DNA from: Chlorokybus atmophyticus
Lineage: Eukaryota > Plantae > Mesostigma and Chlorokybus algae
DNA length: 63,382 nt
Direction: 5' to 3'
Assembly: GCA_009103225.1 (NCBI GenBank)
Contig: RHPI01001168.1
Coordinates: 469,053 to 532,434, forward strand
Shown: positions 20,433 through 32,955 of the stretch, piece by piece
Numbering within the stretch: position 1 is the stretch's first letter
Layout: each line of letters opens with the position of its first letter
The notes under the pieces: model-generated
Database searches by the model: none
What the model was told of the DNA's origin: nothing
Seen by the model: only the letters and a program-made list of their open reading frames with translations
Program-made: the position numbers and the translations under genes

Positions 20433-21060
20433 CGATGCTCGTGCTGATTGAACACCTCACCAGAGCTACCAGCCTGATGAACGAGCTAGGATGCAACTGA
20501 GCACACTAATGGCGCTATCACACGTGCACCTACTCGCAATCAATGAACAACAGTATTCGCACCGTGGGGTTGAACACCTTGAGGGCAATTTTGGCGCCTC
20601 AAAGCTTGTGGGGGCAGTCTGGTCCGTGCAAGAGCTGTAGCAAAAGCAAACCCACGCGCACACTCGCACCGTGGATGCAAACTACACAAGCACGCACACA
20701 CCGTCCACAACAAGGGCAAAGAACTTAATTTTCGCTTGGTCCAACCTCTCTAATAGCAGTATACTAGCTACTTATATACCTAAGAGGCTACACTGTCATT
20801 GTAGAATTCAACTATGTTGACTCCACCGCGAACACATGCTCAAAAACACGTGAATTAGTGTTTAAACTGTGTCGGCGCATAGAAACTGTCAACGGTGGCC
20901 AAATGTCAGCGCATAATGCTCGCGTGACCTCTAAACGCGCGCCCTTGATGTAGGAATAACCTAGCGACTCGGGACTTTATATAAGCGTAACGCGTCAGGC
21001 TTGTTAAACAGGGCTGTTTTGGGGTTAAAAAGCTAGAAATTTAGCTTAAAAGCAAGTGTA

Positions 21061-21246
21061 ATGCCAACTTTGATACAGCAAGAGACAGCAGCTAGTGACC
21101 CGCTCGCTGAGGCAGAAGCGGCATTTGATTGGCTGGCACAACCGTTTGAGGAGGAAGAGCAAGCTCCGGCGTCTCCTTCACAGGCCCCAGCGCGTGGTGC
21201 TTTGTTCCATGATGACGAGCAAAGCCATGATGGAGAGGAGCTGTAG
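21061..21246 (+). CDS. small acidic 61-aa ORF
   Basis: ATG start, protein-like composition and a TATATAAG about 80 bp upstream; no homology recognised. Confidence 0.25.
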   Translation: MPTLIQQETAASDPLAEAEAAFDWLAQPFEEEEQAPASPSQAPARGALFHDDEQSHDGEEL

Positions 21247-21628
21247 CGCAGTTGGTAGTCCGTTTAACTGGTAGTGTACATAGCTGCAAGGCTCTTGTAA
21301 CTGAGTGTTGTGCATTTTAAACCAGCTCAGTCAATCGTCATTATGCTTATGCGTCAATACTTGCATCCCTATGATATACAACAGAACTGCAGGCATTCGA
21401 GTCACATAATCGAACTACAAGCCTTGGCAAGTGACTGAGAGACACTGTACTCATTTCAGGTACCCATACACAGCACATGCACATCACGATGCTGGCAGTC
21501 AGTGACAGTCGCGTGTAGTCATGCTATGCAAATACACATGACGATAGTTGGGCATCAGTCACCTTTAGTTGCTTGAAAAATGCCTTAATGTATCGATAAT
21601 TACCTAGTTGGTGCTTGCGTATTAGGCT

Positions 21629-21985
21629 TAGTCGCCTGCGCTGGACTAGTGTGTAACCTGCGGGTGCCTGTCACATAGGCTGAGTCACCTAAGCAAGAGT
21701 AATGCGTAATTTGCAAATGCCTGCTAATTAGGTGTCGTCACATGTTAAGGCGTGATGTGTAACTTACAGGTGCCCGTTGATTAGTTATAGTCACCTAATA
21801 AGGCCTAATAAGTAACTAACAAGTGCCTGTTAATTAAGTGTAGTCACCTGTTAAGGCCTGATGTGTAACTGACAGGTGGCTGTTAATTAGGCATAGTCAC
21901 CTGCTAAGGCCTGATAGGTAACTAACAGGCGCCTGTTGATTAGGCATAATCAATTGTTAAGAACTGAATTGTAACGAAAAGGGCC
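21629..21985. repeat. 53-bp tandem array, about 7 degenerate units
   Basis: The GTCAC core or a variant recurs at 21631, 21684, 21737, 21790, 21843, 21896 and 21949, an exact 53-bp period. Confidence 0.9.
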
Positions 21986-22014
21986 TGATAGTAACGGAAG
22001 TTACTATCAGGTCC
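21981..22014. other. perfect 12-bp hairpin with GGAA tetraloop
   Basis: CCTGATAGTAAC-GGAA-GTTACTATCAGG, extending to 15 bp with one mismatch. Confidence 0.9.
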
Positions 22015-22553
22015 CTGTATCGAGATTACAGGTGGACTGAGCCACGACAGTCAAAATTTGGTGTTTTCAGGTGCACGGCCGTTGCCAATATATAGTCGGC
22101 AGGGGAAACATAATGCGACGTTGTTGCCAGCCGCTGGAGAGGGAGCGGCTCTCTCCAAGCCACGAACCTCCTCCTCTAGCTGATGGCTTCCTTGCAACAG
22201 TGCGTTTACTGAAGACTGGATCTCCTCCCGTGTCGCATCCAAAGGTGGTGGCGCAACAGCCGCGGGTGACAGGGTTGTGTCCCGAGCAGAGGGGGAATGT
22301 TGCTCATGCAGGGTGCTGCGCTGTGCCGTCCTGCTCACCGAATGGGCTGCGATATGCTGAGCTGCGCTGGCATGCTCGTCTATAAGAATGTACCGCTGCG
22401 TAGCAGTGCAGGAGGACTTTCTTGACGTGTCAGCCTCAGCAAGTGAGGGGGTCGAGGGACTTGTGCGAGCTCTCGTGGTGCAAAGCTGCCGGTGCTTGTT
22501 TGCCTTTTGACCCAATGCAGCGAGATGGACTGTAGTCAGAGTCTTCACTGGCA

Positions 22554-23250
22554 TTAATTGTGTCGCACAAAGGGAGCTCTGCAGCCGGTTTCAGGCGTGT
22601 AGGACGCTGCTTTGTTCTCTGGACATGATGCCGAGCACAGTCGGCAGTGCCTGTACACACGCATGCGCGTGTGGTTGCGTGACGTACATACCTCACGCGT
22701 GAGGGACAGTGACAATGTGGGCCTGCGGTGCACGCATTGTGTGCATGCATGTACGTGCATGCATACATGTACGATGCCATTGGCTGGCAGGCTAAATGAA
22801 CGTGTAAGCTCACCTTCCTCGGTCTTGGCCTCTTCCGGAAAGTGGCCAGGAAAGATTACTTTGTTGAGAAGCATGCGGGTCAAACCCCTCCTTGTCACAA
22901 CCCTGTCGTAGGCCAGTGCCGTCTCCTTCTCATCCCTGCCATGCGCGAGCAATAGTGAGTTGTTTGGGCTGCGCTGCTGTCTACCACTATCGTAGCCAAC
23001 ACCCACCTGAGTGAGGTGTCACACACGGATCCCCTGCCCAAGTGCACCTGCACCCTGCAACGGGAAGCGCCCTTTTGCGACATCTCTTTCTGACCCCGAA
23101 GTACTTGGACGTTGCAGGCTGTTTGGCCGTGCGTGAGCTGCGCTGCTGCTGCCGCCGCTGCTGCTGAAGCTCAGGACATCTGCGCGTGTACAAAAGCTGC
23201 AGAAGCTCGCTCCATGTGCGCACGATGTCATCGCTTCTTAAATCAGCCAT
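22554..23250 (-). pseudogene. AP2/ERF-like domain gene with frameshift(s)
   Basis: TSKYFGV...KGRF(R)CRVQVHLGRG, then after a GT-AG intron DEKETALAYDRVVTRRG...LLNKVIFP. This resembles the AP2 pattern SKYxGV...LG...EEAARAYD...LNFP, but at least one frameshift is needed. Confidence 0.5.
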
Positions 23251-26200
23251 GATAGCGTCATTCTTGCTTGCTCGTCATCAAGCCAGACGACAAGGGCAAG
23301 AGTCTGTGATGAGGCAATGCTTTTGTGACAGAAGCATGCAAGCGGAAGCGTGCCATGCAAGCTACAGGGAGTGGTCCGTACAACTTACGTTATACGAGTA
23401 TGCAAGCTGCGAGGGAAACCTTGCTGAGACGGAAGTTGAGTGAATGCGTACTGGTGATAAGCAGGCCAGCTAATTGGAGCTCAGAATGCTAATGGCACAA
23501 GTCCGGCAGTGAAAATGGAGGCGGGGACCTACGGTGGCATTTTGCACGACGAATGTCCCGGCATGAGTCTTGGCTGCGGGAGGGGCGGCGCTGTTCGCAA
23601 CTGCCCACTCCCACGTGTCTCCCTCGCGCACAAGCTGGGCCGCATGCAGGCTTGTAAGGTGCCACACCATGGCGCCGGGAGCTAAGCTGAAACACACACC
23701 CACGACGGTGAACACACATACACACACATAAGCCTACTAGGCTTATGTGTTCTAGTAGCGTGCATGCCACGGACGGCAGGAAAGAAAGCTTTCTACACAT
23801 GAACGCAAGGCCGGACATCAGGCATGCGCTGCCACAACCAGACGCAACTCTTGTGCCAAGCATTGGCGTCAAAGATGGTCGCAAAGCAAACCCCTGACTC
23901 ACCTTCAGGGATGAGTGTCACCTCCCTACCCCAGCAGCGCGTTTGTGTCCATGCCAGCGCAACGCGGCGGGCGACGTCCACACGCTAACGCTGCTGTGTG
24001 CAGCAGCCTTTTGATCAAATCAACACTTGTTGTTTGTTGGTTGATTGGATGTCACACTGATTGTGCACACTGGCACTGCTGCCTTGACAGCATGACCAGG
24101 CTGCGCGCGCTAATTCAGGCGGCGCCGTCAAACCGCCGCCGCCGCCGCATTCTGAAACCCACAATCAAACCGCCCCTACCCTTATCAAGTGGGTTGCGCA
24201 TGTGACCTTGCATGGCTCACCGACTCGGAGCGCGCGCGAGCACACACCCCTTGAGAGCTAGGAGCTGGGAGACAGGTCAAAGTAGGAGTTCAAGCTGCAG
24301 CATTTAAATTGCCTTGAATGAGGGTGGCCAAGCTTGCAAGCTGCCTCCCCTCACGTATTTACCACCAACCTCGCGCTCGCCTTCACTTATCTAAACTATA
24401 TTTCAAGCCGTAGGTTGACGATATCTTGACATGCCCTCCATCACATGTATGTTCGAATGCAAAGGTCGGGTGATGTAACAATTGGAGCCCGACCACTAGG
24501 CTATGGTAGTAAAAGACACTACCATGAGTGAGGTCTATCACAATTTATCCCAATTCGTGACATTCCTCCCCAATTAACCCATAAGTTCCTCATAATCCAA
24601 TGAGGCACTAGCCCACGTCGCCGTGTTCGCGACCATACCACGATTTTACTGTTTGCTAATATGATGTAGGTGTCTAGCCAGCTTGTAGTATAGCTAGCGC
24701 TGCACACGCCCCCTTTCAAGTGTTAGTCTTTGGTTGTGTTCTGATGACATGCCACTTGCTTGAGTTGGCTACAGCGAGACCTCTTTCTAATCATCGTAAT
24801 TCGAGGCACCATTGGTTCCCAACAATAATGTGCTTAGACAGAGGTGTGCTACTTCGAAGTAAGCACATTGTGCTGATTGCATGAGAACCTCTGAGTATGC
24901 ACAATGTGCGTATGCAAGTCATTCATATCGAGAATATTTTTTTGATGAACACATTTACATATATATAAATATATATATATATATCATCAAGGATTTCGCT
25001 ATCTTTCAATCATTACTATTGTATATTTTATATACATGCATGCATCTCATATGTTCTCCCTCTCTGTAAGCACAAATGCGCCATTTTAGCTGTGCTTGGA
25101 TAGGGTGTGCATGTGCTTACATAGGGTGAGATTCGGCTGGTTAAAAACGTGTTCCCGTGCAAAATGTGCATACATAGAGGGTGTGCATAATAAGAGTGTG
25201 CATGCACACTTATCATTTTAAGCATATGTAGGCATGTCCTTGCATAACTGTGAAGCTGTCACGTGTCATACTTGCTGCAGTTGTACCCCCTTGCATTGCG
25301 TGGATATGCGGATTGCCGGAGGCAAATTGCCAATTTTTGCGCATGCAATGTGATTGTCTACCGTACGCAACTGGCATTGCATACTATAAGCGTAACAGAT
25401 GATCGAGTTCCCAATCAACTCATGTTTGCGTAAGCACTTTCTGTACAGAAAGAAGCAATGTGCGTATACGCTTATTACGGATTGCAAAAGTTATAATCGC
25501 TCAAGCTTGAGGATAAGCTTACATTACAATTGAACTTTTGTATTTGAACTCAAGGCTATCACACAAGGTTGCACATGATATGGCAATATTGTTGACAATT
25601 ATTTACACGTTAACGGCAACGCACGTTTGACCATGTATCCGTTAAAGAGTTTGTACATCAGCAGCTTGTAACAATAGCAGGGCGTGTGATTTTGATATGA
25701 TGTGTGTGAAGAAATACGATGCGACATTAATCATATAAGACATGTGATCAATGCACACGTCTGATATGCATTACTCCTGCCGAATAGTCGTACATATTGG
25801 TGGAGGCTTAAGCACTCTCATATGCACAACTGCGCTAGCTTTACGCCATCCGCTTGCAAGGAGATATGGCAAAATGCTAATGTACAACAGCATTACCCTG
25901 TGACACTCAGCGGCAGCGGCAGCGGCAGTGGCAATGGCAGCGGCAATTGATTTGCTGATCAAGATTGCAAAATATCCGAAGGAGGGTCCACTAGCTTATG
26001 AGATACGCTGCCACGCAAGTAGTGCATCGTCACCACCTGCATGTCCTGCTGTTGTGTCGGCTTCGATGCTCAGTTTAACGTTGGTCCTGCTGCCACTGCT
26101 CGCATGCAGTTGCATTGGGCCTCTACCCAACGTTCTGGTGTACGCTTACAGTTTATCTAATTGATCTAAATCCCTCGTAAAAGAGTCCAGCAAGATGTTT

Positions 26201-27101
26201 TATTTAGTTTTTGTAAAAACCCCGCCAACTTATCCATGCCAGTGCGTAGTTACTAGAATGGATAGGTTTTGGCACCGGGAAGTTATTACAAAGTTTGTAA
26301 AATGCCCGTGTTATATTTATGTTCTCTGGAAGATTTCGTGTCACTACGGCATAACTTGCTTACTGGCTTGGTTCGGGAGTGCGGCTACATCCGCATGTTT
26401 GGGCTATAAGGCACAGCTTACTACTTGGTTTTCTAAGGATTGAAGATTTGTTGGAAAGTGTACTTCAAGACAAACAATGCGCAGTGTCATTGCTCATGCA
26501 TGCATTGCACACACGCTGCAAGGAATGCATACACCTGTTAGCATATGGGCGTAATATGTTGCGGTTCTAACTACACGGCTGGTGTAACGCCTAACCAACT
26601 GCCAGCAACCACGGAGCATCAACGATGAACAAGGAACCAGATGTTCTCAATGCCTCCATGGAAGCAATATTGTTTTTCGGCGCACAACTCGACTACATGT
26701 ACACAGCAGCAGTTGGATATCAGCGCTGCCACCATGCCTTACCACACCCTGATGTCCCTACACATGCACTACACACCACACACACGTGCACTATCCTATA
26801 TGTGCGAGCTATGACTGCCTTATTCAATGCACCCTACGCCACGGGCGTCCATCCTAACATCCCAACCACCACCATACTCCTCATTCTATAACTACTGCAC
26901 GAGCTGCAAGTGTGCACATGCTGCAGACAACAGCACTAGTATGCCATGCCAGCTCTGAATATCATAACAGTTAAAACTCGCGAGACACGAAACCACCTTA
27001 GCTAAGCTGATTAACCTATACACGTTCTGGGAAGGAGCGCTTAATGCTGCTGTTGAATGCTGCAAGAACACAACTCCACCATCTGAATATAAAAGAAGTA
27101 G

Positions 27102-29152
27102 CTAACTGGGATCGGAATTTGCACAAGGAGTGGGCGAAAGAGTCGAGGATGAGGAACGAGGGGGACTATGGTTGGACGGCGACGCTAGTCTCCGCTCCTC
27201 TTGAGTGGTATCCTCCGTGCCAGCTTCATGGCCTGATGCGCTTGGCGCTGCGCCCCTGCAGGTGGGCAAGGCAGGACATGAGTGTGCAATGCAGCCAGAG
27301 AAAAGGGCACATGCACACGGGGAAATAGCAATGGTGGCAATAAGAGCTATGCCATTTGCCTCAACTGCACCACCCATGCCGCCACAATCAGAATCAACAA
27401 CAGACACAGGCACAATACGCAAGTACAATCACCGGCTCATGCTATCATGCCACAGCTACCTGTCGATATCTGCATTGCCTTCGGCGCCAGCCCATTGAGA
27501 CTGCTCTTTACGTAACTCCTGCACTTGCTGCAAGCCATTGCATGGATCAGCTGACATTGACATAGTGTATTAAAGCCTACCGGCCATAACATGTTCACGA
27601 AAGTAGGCTTACCCGGCGCAGGCGACAATTCTCCTCAGTCAACATATCACACCACTTCCGCAGAGCCTCCCAATTCTGAGCTCGTTGCTTTATAAGCGTA
27701 CTGTACAGTAAAGCCAAGGACATCAATACATGAGCTCCGCAAGTAACAAAGAGAATCCAAACTTGCAGTTCTCCTGCAACAGTCAGCCTGCTCAACTGCG
27801 CGAGATGTGTGCCAACCGACAAGAAAGACAACCACAACTCTTTACCGTGCTCGTCGATTCTGGAACCAAACTTCCACTTGGCGTGGTAGAAGACCAAGTT
27901 GCCTAGCCAACTCCTGCTTCCGTTCCTGCACGGACAAACATTTGATGCACACAAGCACACTAAACGAACGAATTGACCGCATCGACTGACTGCCAGGTGA
28001 AGAGCGCTGATCAGCCCTTTCAACCGGTGTTTCATGCCAGACGTTACCAGTGACATGCTGGATGACGACCAGGCAAAACAGCGGCCGACATACTCTGACT
28101 GCTTGAACCAAGGGCATGCAGTACACCATCGCAACTGCAGCTGACTGGAAGGACGCAGAGTGCCCAATTAAATAGAGAAGGCTTCAGTGCTTACAGGAGT
28201 AGGTGTGCTCTGCACGTTGAAGGCCTCCTCTAAAATCTGAAGCTTTTCCTTCTCCAATTGCAATTTCTTCCCAGGAGCTTTATTTCCTGACACTACTTCC
28301 GATGTTCCTTCTCGCTTGCGCTTGCCAGCAGTTGCATTCCCAGCCGTTGCACCCATGGCAGCGAATGCACCGGCTCCACCTAAGACAGGTCCTGTGCTGG
28401 TACCTGCAGCTGCCCCTGAAAGACGGGTGCAGACATGTCAGCCAGCCCGCACCAATGTGCACAGTACAACAGTCGTAGCAGCCACTTCACTCGCACGTGT
28501 CAAGCAGTCCGTGTGTTGCCAAGACAAGGACGACCAGCTACCGTACCGGTGCCAAGGTTGACGGTGGGTGCGGAGACACCGGACACACTGCCAGTAAGCG
28601 TCGAGGATGGTGCATACACTGGTGATGGCAGCTGCATTTGTGGTGGCTGCTTCACAACAGACGCTAGTCTTTGTAACAGCAGTTGTGCATCAGCTGTTTG
28701 AGCAGGTGTCAACGGTGTGCCTCCCATGGGTGTAGTCGCGCTAGTGTATAAGCTTGGCAAATAACTGTTGGGGGCAACCTGAGAACGCCACAATACTGTC
28801 AACTGCTATCTGAGTGCACTGCGGACTACACAGCGCTGCAACCAATAAGGCATACCATGCTCATGTCCATGGTCAGTGGCAACAGGCGGGGATCAACCGC
28901 TTGCGATGATGAAGGCGGATCTGAAGGCATTGTGTAGTCTGGTCTCCATGAAAGTGGTGGTGCAGGCCGCATCATTCCAGGCGGGGCCGGATAGGGGTAA
29001 CTTGGCATCATAGCAAACCGACGCATGTCTGCCTCTGATGCCAGCATACTGTACTGGCCATGCCGAGGATCTCTTACCGGCCGTGCATCCATGGCCTCCA
29101 TAGCAGAGTCCAATGCACTTCCATACGATTGTTGCAGCATACGAGGGTCCAT
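27102..29152 (-). CDS. homeodomain-leucine zipper transcription factor, HD-ZIP class II-like, about 7 exons
   Basis: Spliced protein: [90 protein letters not shown]. It is collinear with HAT4/ATHB2 (KKLRLSK...[23 protein letters not shown].L...C..LTEEN.RL..EV.ELR). Confidence 0.88.
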
Positions 29153-32100
29153 AGCGTTCAGTCTACTCGATATGCTGCCATCAACAATGTATGTTCATAC
29201 TGTCAACCCTCCCGCACGGTGGCCACACGGACGCCACCCAAACCTGCCATGCAATGCAATGTTCAAGCGTCATGACACAGATGCGGTATGCTCTGTAGAC
29301 ATGGGCCTCGCACCATGAATTGATTGTAATGGATGACTCTCGGTGCACTAATGTGCCTGGGCATGTGTGTGCATGCCCAGGCACTGAGCATGTCCCTAGC
29401 TGACCTAAGCAGCGGCAAACTAAGCGCGCGCTTAATGCAGACGTCTCGAGACCAGCTACAGGCAATCGTCATTTACACAGTTGCATAAAGCAGAATCGCG
29501 TGTAGAGAGCCACCAAACACGCTATGTCGCTAGTTCCGTATTGTCTGCAGCGCTAACAACGATCGGCCTAAAGCGACAGTCCGCCTCAAAACATTTCGCT
29601 ATGCGCGCATACTTCGACCACTGTATCCACTCCACTGGCTACATCCAACGCTTCAGCAACACACCAGGCTCACGCAGACTCGTGCGACGACCCAAGCCAT
29701 AGCCTGCACTGCACGTGTTGCTAACAGTTTGAGGACAACTACGCTGGCTGGGGACACAAACAGATTTGCCGCAAGCGTATGGCATCCACACATCTGTCCT
29801 CCTCTCACTAATGAACAAGCAACGACCGGCGGAAAGGACGCCGCCGTAGCAAACACGACGCTTGAGCGGCTTAACCACACCTCTATGCCTAAGCACACCT
29901 ACCGGAAAGTGACACTGGACCTCACGCAGACTGAAGGCGGTTGCTCCACCAAAGCAACGAGGTGATGTGCCACTAGACCAAGCCAACCCTACTTCATACC
30001 TGGCAATCGTCCGGCCGAAGTCCGCACTGCTTGGCAACCGCTAAGTCGTAAAACCCCAGGAGCCCCGAGCCAGCTCCAGCAACGGCAGCGCGTCCAACGC
30101 TTCCCACACCGCCGGCCTCCACGCCCACCTCGCAAACGCCGCCACAGCCGCCACCGCCGACCAGCATCAAAGACGCCTAACCCTAGCGTACTCCTTAGTT
30201 GGCCGCAATCATGAAGCCAACATGAATTGCGCCGTCAACTGCACGCTGGTTTCAGTTGATAGTTACGGACCTGCGTCAGAAACGGAATGTGATTGATGAC
30301 AACAGGGAACGGGGATTGCCAGTTCTCGTTGTTAAAGGACTGCTTCAAGAGGTTATTGAAGACTACTGACTCACAATTACATGTATGTCTAAGTACACTG
30401 TTCAGTCCAGTCAGGGGACCTGGTTCAGAACGGAACGGGCTTCGTACTTTGTTCGTTAAACCGCACCTGGCCCTGTGTCGCGGAAGCTTCCTGGCGAATC
30501 AAATAACCACCAATGAAAAGGCAGCCGTCAGGGAGCTTACGCGGCGCACGGCAGGATTCGTCAGTACTGCGAGGATCGTCTCGCAGCACTGCTTGAATCA
30601 TCACATGACGAAAGCCAGAATCACCATAATACCAACGCGCCTTTCGCGCGCCTAGTCGCGGGCAATCGTCCCAGCCAAGCCAGCGCAGCAATCCGATGCA
30701 AATTGCAATGCGGTTTGGAACGAGCGCGCCAACGACTTCTCTCTTTCTGACGAGTGCAGTTATGGTGGCAGCAGCTCGGCGCAGCCGGCCAGTTCTAGAT
30801 AGCCCCGTCGACTTGACCGTCCGTTATCCAAGATGACTCCTTTCGCCGCGTGACAACTTTCCATTAGAACGGTCGGCATCTACAGGCCATGCACCTGTTT
30901 AAGCCGGTTAGAAATTGCGCTTGGCTTCAGAAAAAACCGTGTAGGTCCCTCTGTGGTATGCAGGCCTAAACGTCGGTGGTTGAGCTACGTGACACGGGAA
31001 CTTGGAAGTTTGGCGGCCAGACTCTGACGCACCACTCACATGCTCAGCGAACGCATTTTTGGCCAAGCTCAACACTGTCAACGACAGACATGAACCATTC
31101 AAGCGGCTGCTGTTAACTAAAGGGGGCCCTCTTCAGCCAGTCTGCATTGTTTGCTTTGAGGCCAAAAGCAATCCAGTGTGGGCAATCATCAGACTGGCTG
31201 CTAGAGTGATTGCTTCTAGTAAGGTGGCGTCATCACGCCGGTGTTGATTGGGTGGTCGCACAGATATTTTCCTTCCCGCCAGTGTAATTACGCGGTGCTT
31301 TGTGGCTCTGGCGACTGATGCACTGAGCTGGGTGCAACTGGTGGAAGTTCGCAAATCATTTGCGGATAGCATACATGCAAAGAGCCCATAAGGTAGAAGT
31401 AGCACGTTTGGGTCAATATAATGTCATGTGCACACTTGCGTCGTTGGTGTGATTCTGGTGGCAACTCAAGCTCGTTGTGTGAGCTCACCAACGTGTTATA
31501 TAATTTCTCCAACATAACATTGATTGCTTAAAATATGAAATCAGATGCTTATTATTATACCAAATTTTTGTACAAAGGCCGGCCACAAAGGTAAAGTATT
31601 ATAACAAGATCTTGTCAACTCAAGAATCAAAGTCAATTGCATGTCAATGGCAATTTGCTATGAGATGCAAGTGAAGATGGTTTTTACGTTCGATGCAAGT
31701 AACTGTTGTATAAGGTTTTAAAGTAAGTTTTGGTTGTATCCTCTCGCTATCAACCCTCTGTTATACTAGCAAATTACTTGTTAATAGTAAAGATACAACA
31801 TTGCACACATTTAAGACACATCTGGCTACTGTGATAGCGAATTACCTGTGAATAGTAAACTCGAACTTACCAACATATTACGGTTCAATAAACATAATGT
31901 ATCATAAAACTTACGTATTGTAACAATTTTGCATACGATGTGACTGAAGGTGAGTTACCATAACCATTATACATTGTAGTACACGTAATACGCAATGTTG
32001 CGCTAAACAAAAGATGTACATGTTGTGTGGTAGAATGCAAGCTAAACGTCCGTAAGCAAGCATGAGCTTGCATTCATAAAGGCTAATAATTGTTTACAAC

Positions 32101-32466
32101 TTTTTAAGACTTTCAACAACTTTTACACTCTCACACACAACCATTAAGTAGCAGCGCAGAGCATGCTGAAGCAGATTATTACAAGGTAAAATTGCTAACT
32201 GCAAGACGCAAGAGGACGTGTTCACTCAAACTGTGTTTATGTTATTGCACCAACTCATTCCACATTATAATTGATCAAAACCGACGCCCTTGTACAAATT
32301 TGCGTAAGATTGGCGCATATACAGCGAAACCATAAATAGTCATGTATACCAACGGAATTTTTTTCACGGACCAGAGCCAAAACGTCCGGGCGGCTTGGGG
32401 CCCGGACCAGGGTCGCCCGCCTTGGTCCGCGCGCGGGACCAAGCCTGGTTCAAAAATGCGGGTTTG

Positions 32467-32955
32467 TGTGGAACCTGGCTTTAACCGACTAAGCCACAGT
32501 AACAAAATCGCTACTATGAGAGGCTGTGTAATGCTTATAAACGGCTGAATATGCTCTCTTAGCATACTAAGTTAGTAACAAGCACCACATTCAACCCGGC
32601 TTTAACCGTGAACTACCTGAACAGCAACTGCCAAACTGACAGGGCTGACTCACGTCCGGTCATAACCTGCCTCTAGCCGGTCATACCGCATAGTTATCCG
32701 CGGAGCGACTCTGCGCGCCGGTCTTAATTCGGCCTTGGATCGTTCTAACCGCGGTCTCGTTCTACCCACTCGTGCGCAACTTTTTTCTCCCGGTGGGACT
32801 CGAACTCGAGACCTTTAGCTCCGATAGCATTGTGGAACCTGGCTTTAACCGACTAAGCCACAGTAACAAAATCGCTACTATGAGAGGCTGTGTAATGCTT
32901 ATAAACGGCTGAATATGCTCTCTCTTAGCATACTCAGTTAGTAACAAGCACCACA
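32467..32955 (-). mobile_element. TRIM (miniature non-autonomous LTR retrotransposon), 489 bp
   Basis: Direct repeats 32467-32589 and 32831-32955 both run TGTGG...CCACA; 5-bp TSD GTTTG (32462-32466 and 32956-32960); PBS-like TGCTATCGGAGC one nucleotide inside the minus-strand 5' LTR; no coding capacity. Confidence 0.9.
32786..32867 (-). promoter_or_regulatory. tRNA-like Pol III internal promoter (A box and B box) within the TRIM
   Basis: A box TGGCTTAGTCGG (32860-32849) followed by TTAAAGC, and B box AGTTCGAGTCC (32806-32796) followed by CACCGGGAG. The acceptor stem does not pair, so this is not a functional tRNA. Confidence 0.7.

Noticed and set aside
21629-21985. CRISPR array
   Set aside because: Contiguous tandem units without unique spacers, eukaryotic context and no cas genes.
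30293-30655. second OTU domain (TTGNGDCQFS)
   Set aside because: Only a weak Cys-box look-alike, with no supporting His box.
31002-31247. RING finger (CIVCFEAK)
   Set aside because: The remaining zinc ligands are absent.
32786-32867. functional tRNA gene
   Set aside because: The acceptor and T stems do not pair, and the anticodon arm is replaced by the LTR end and PBS.
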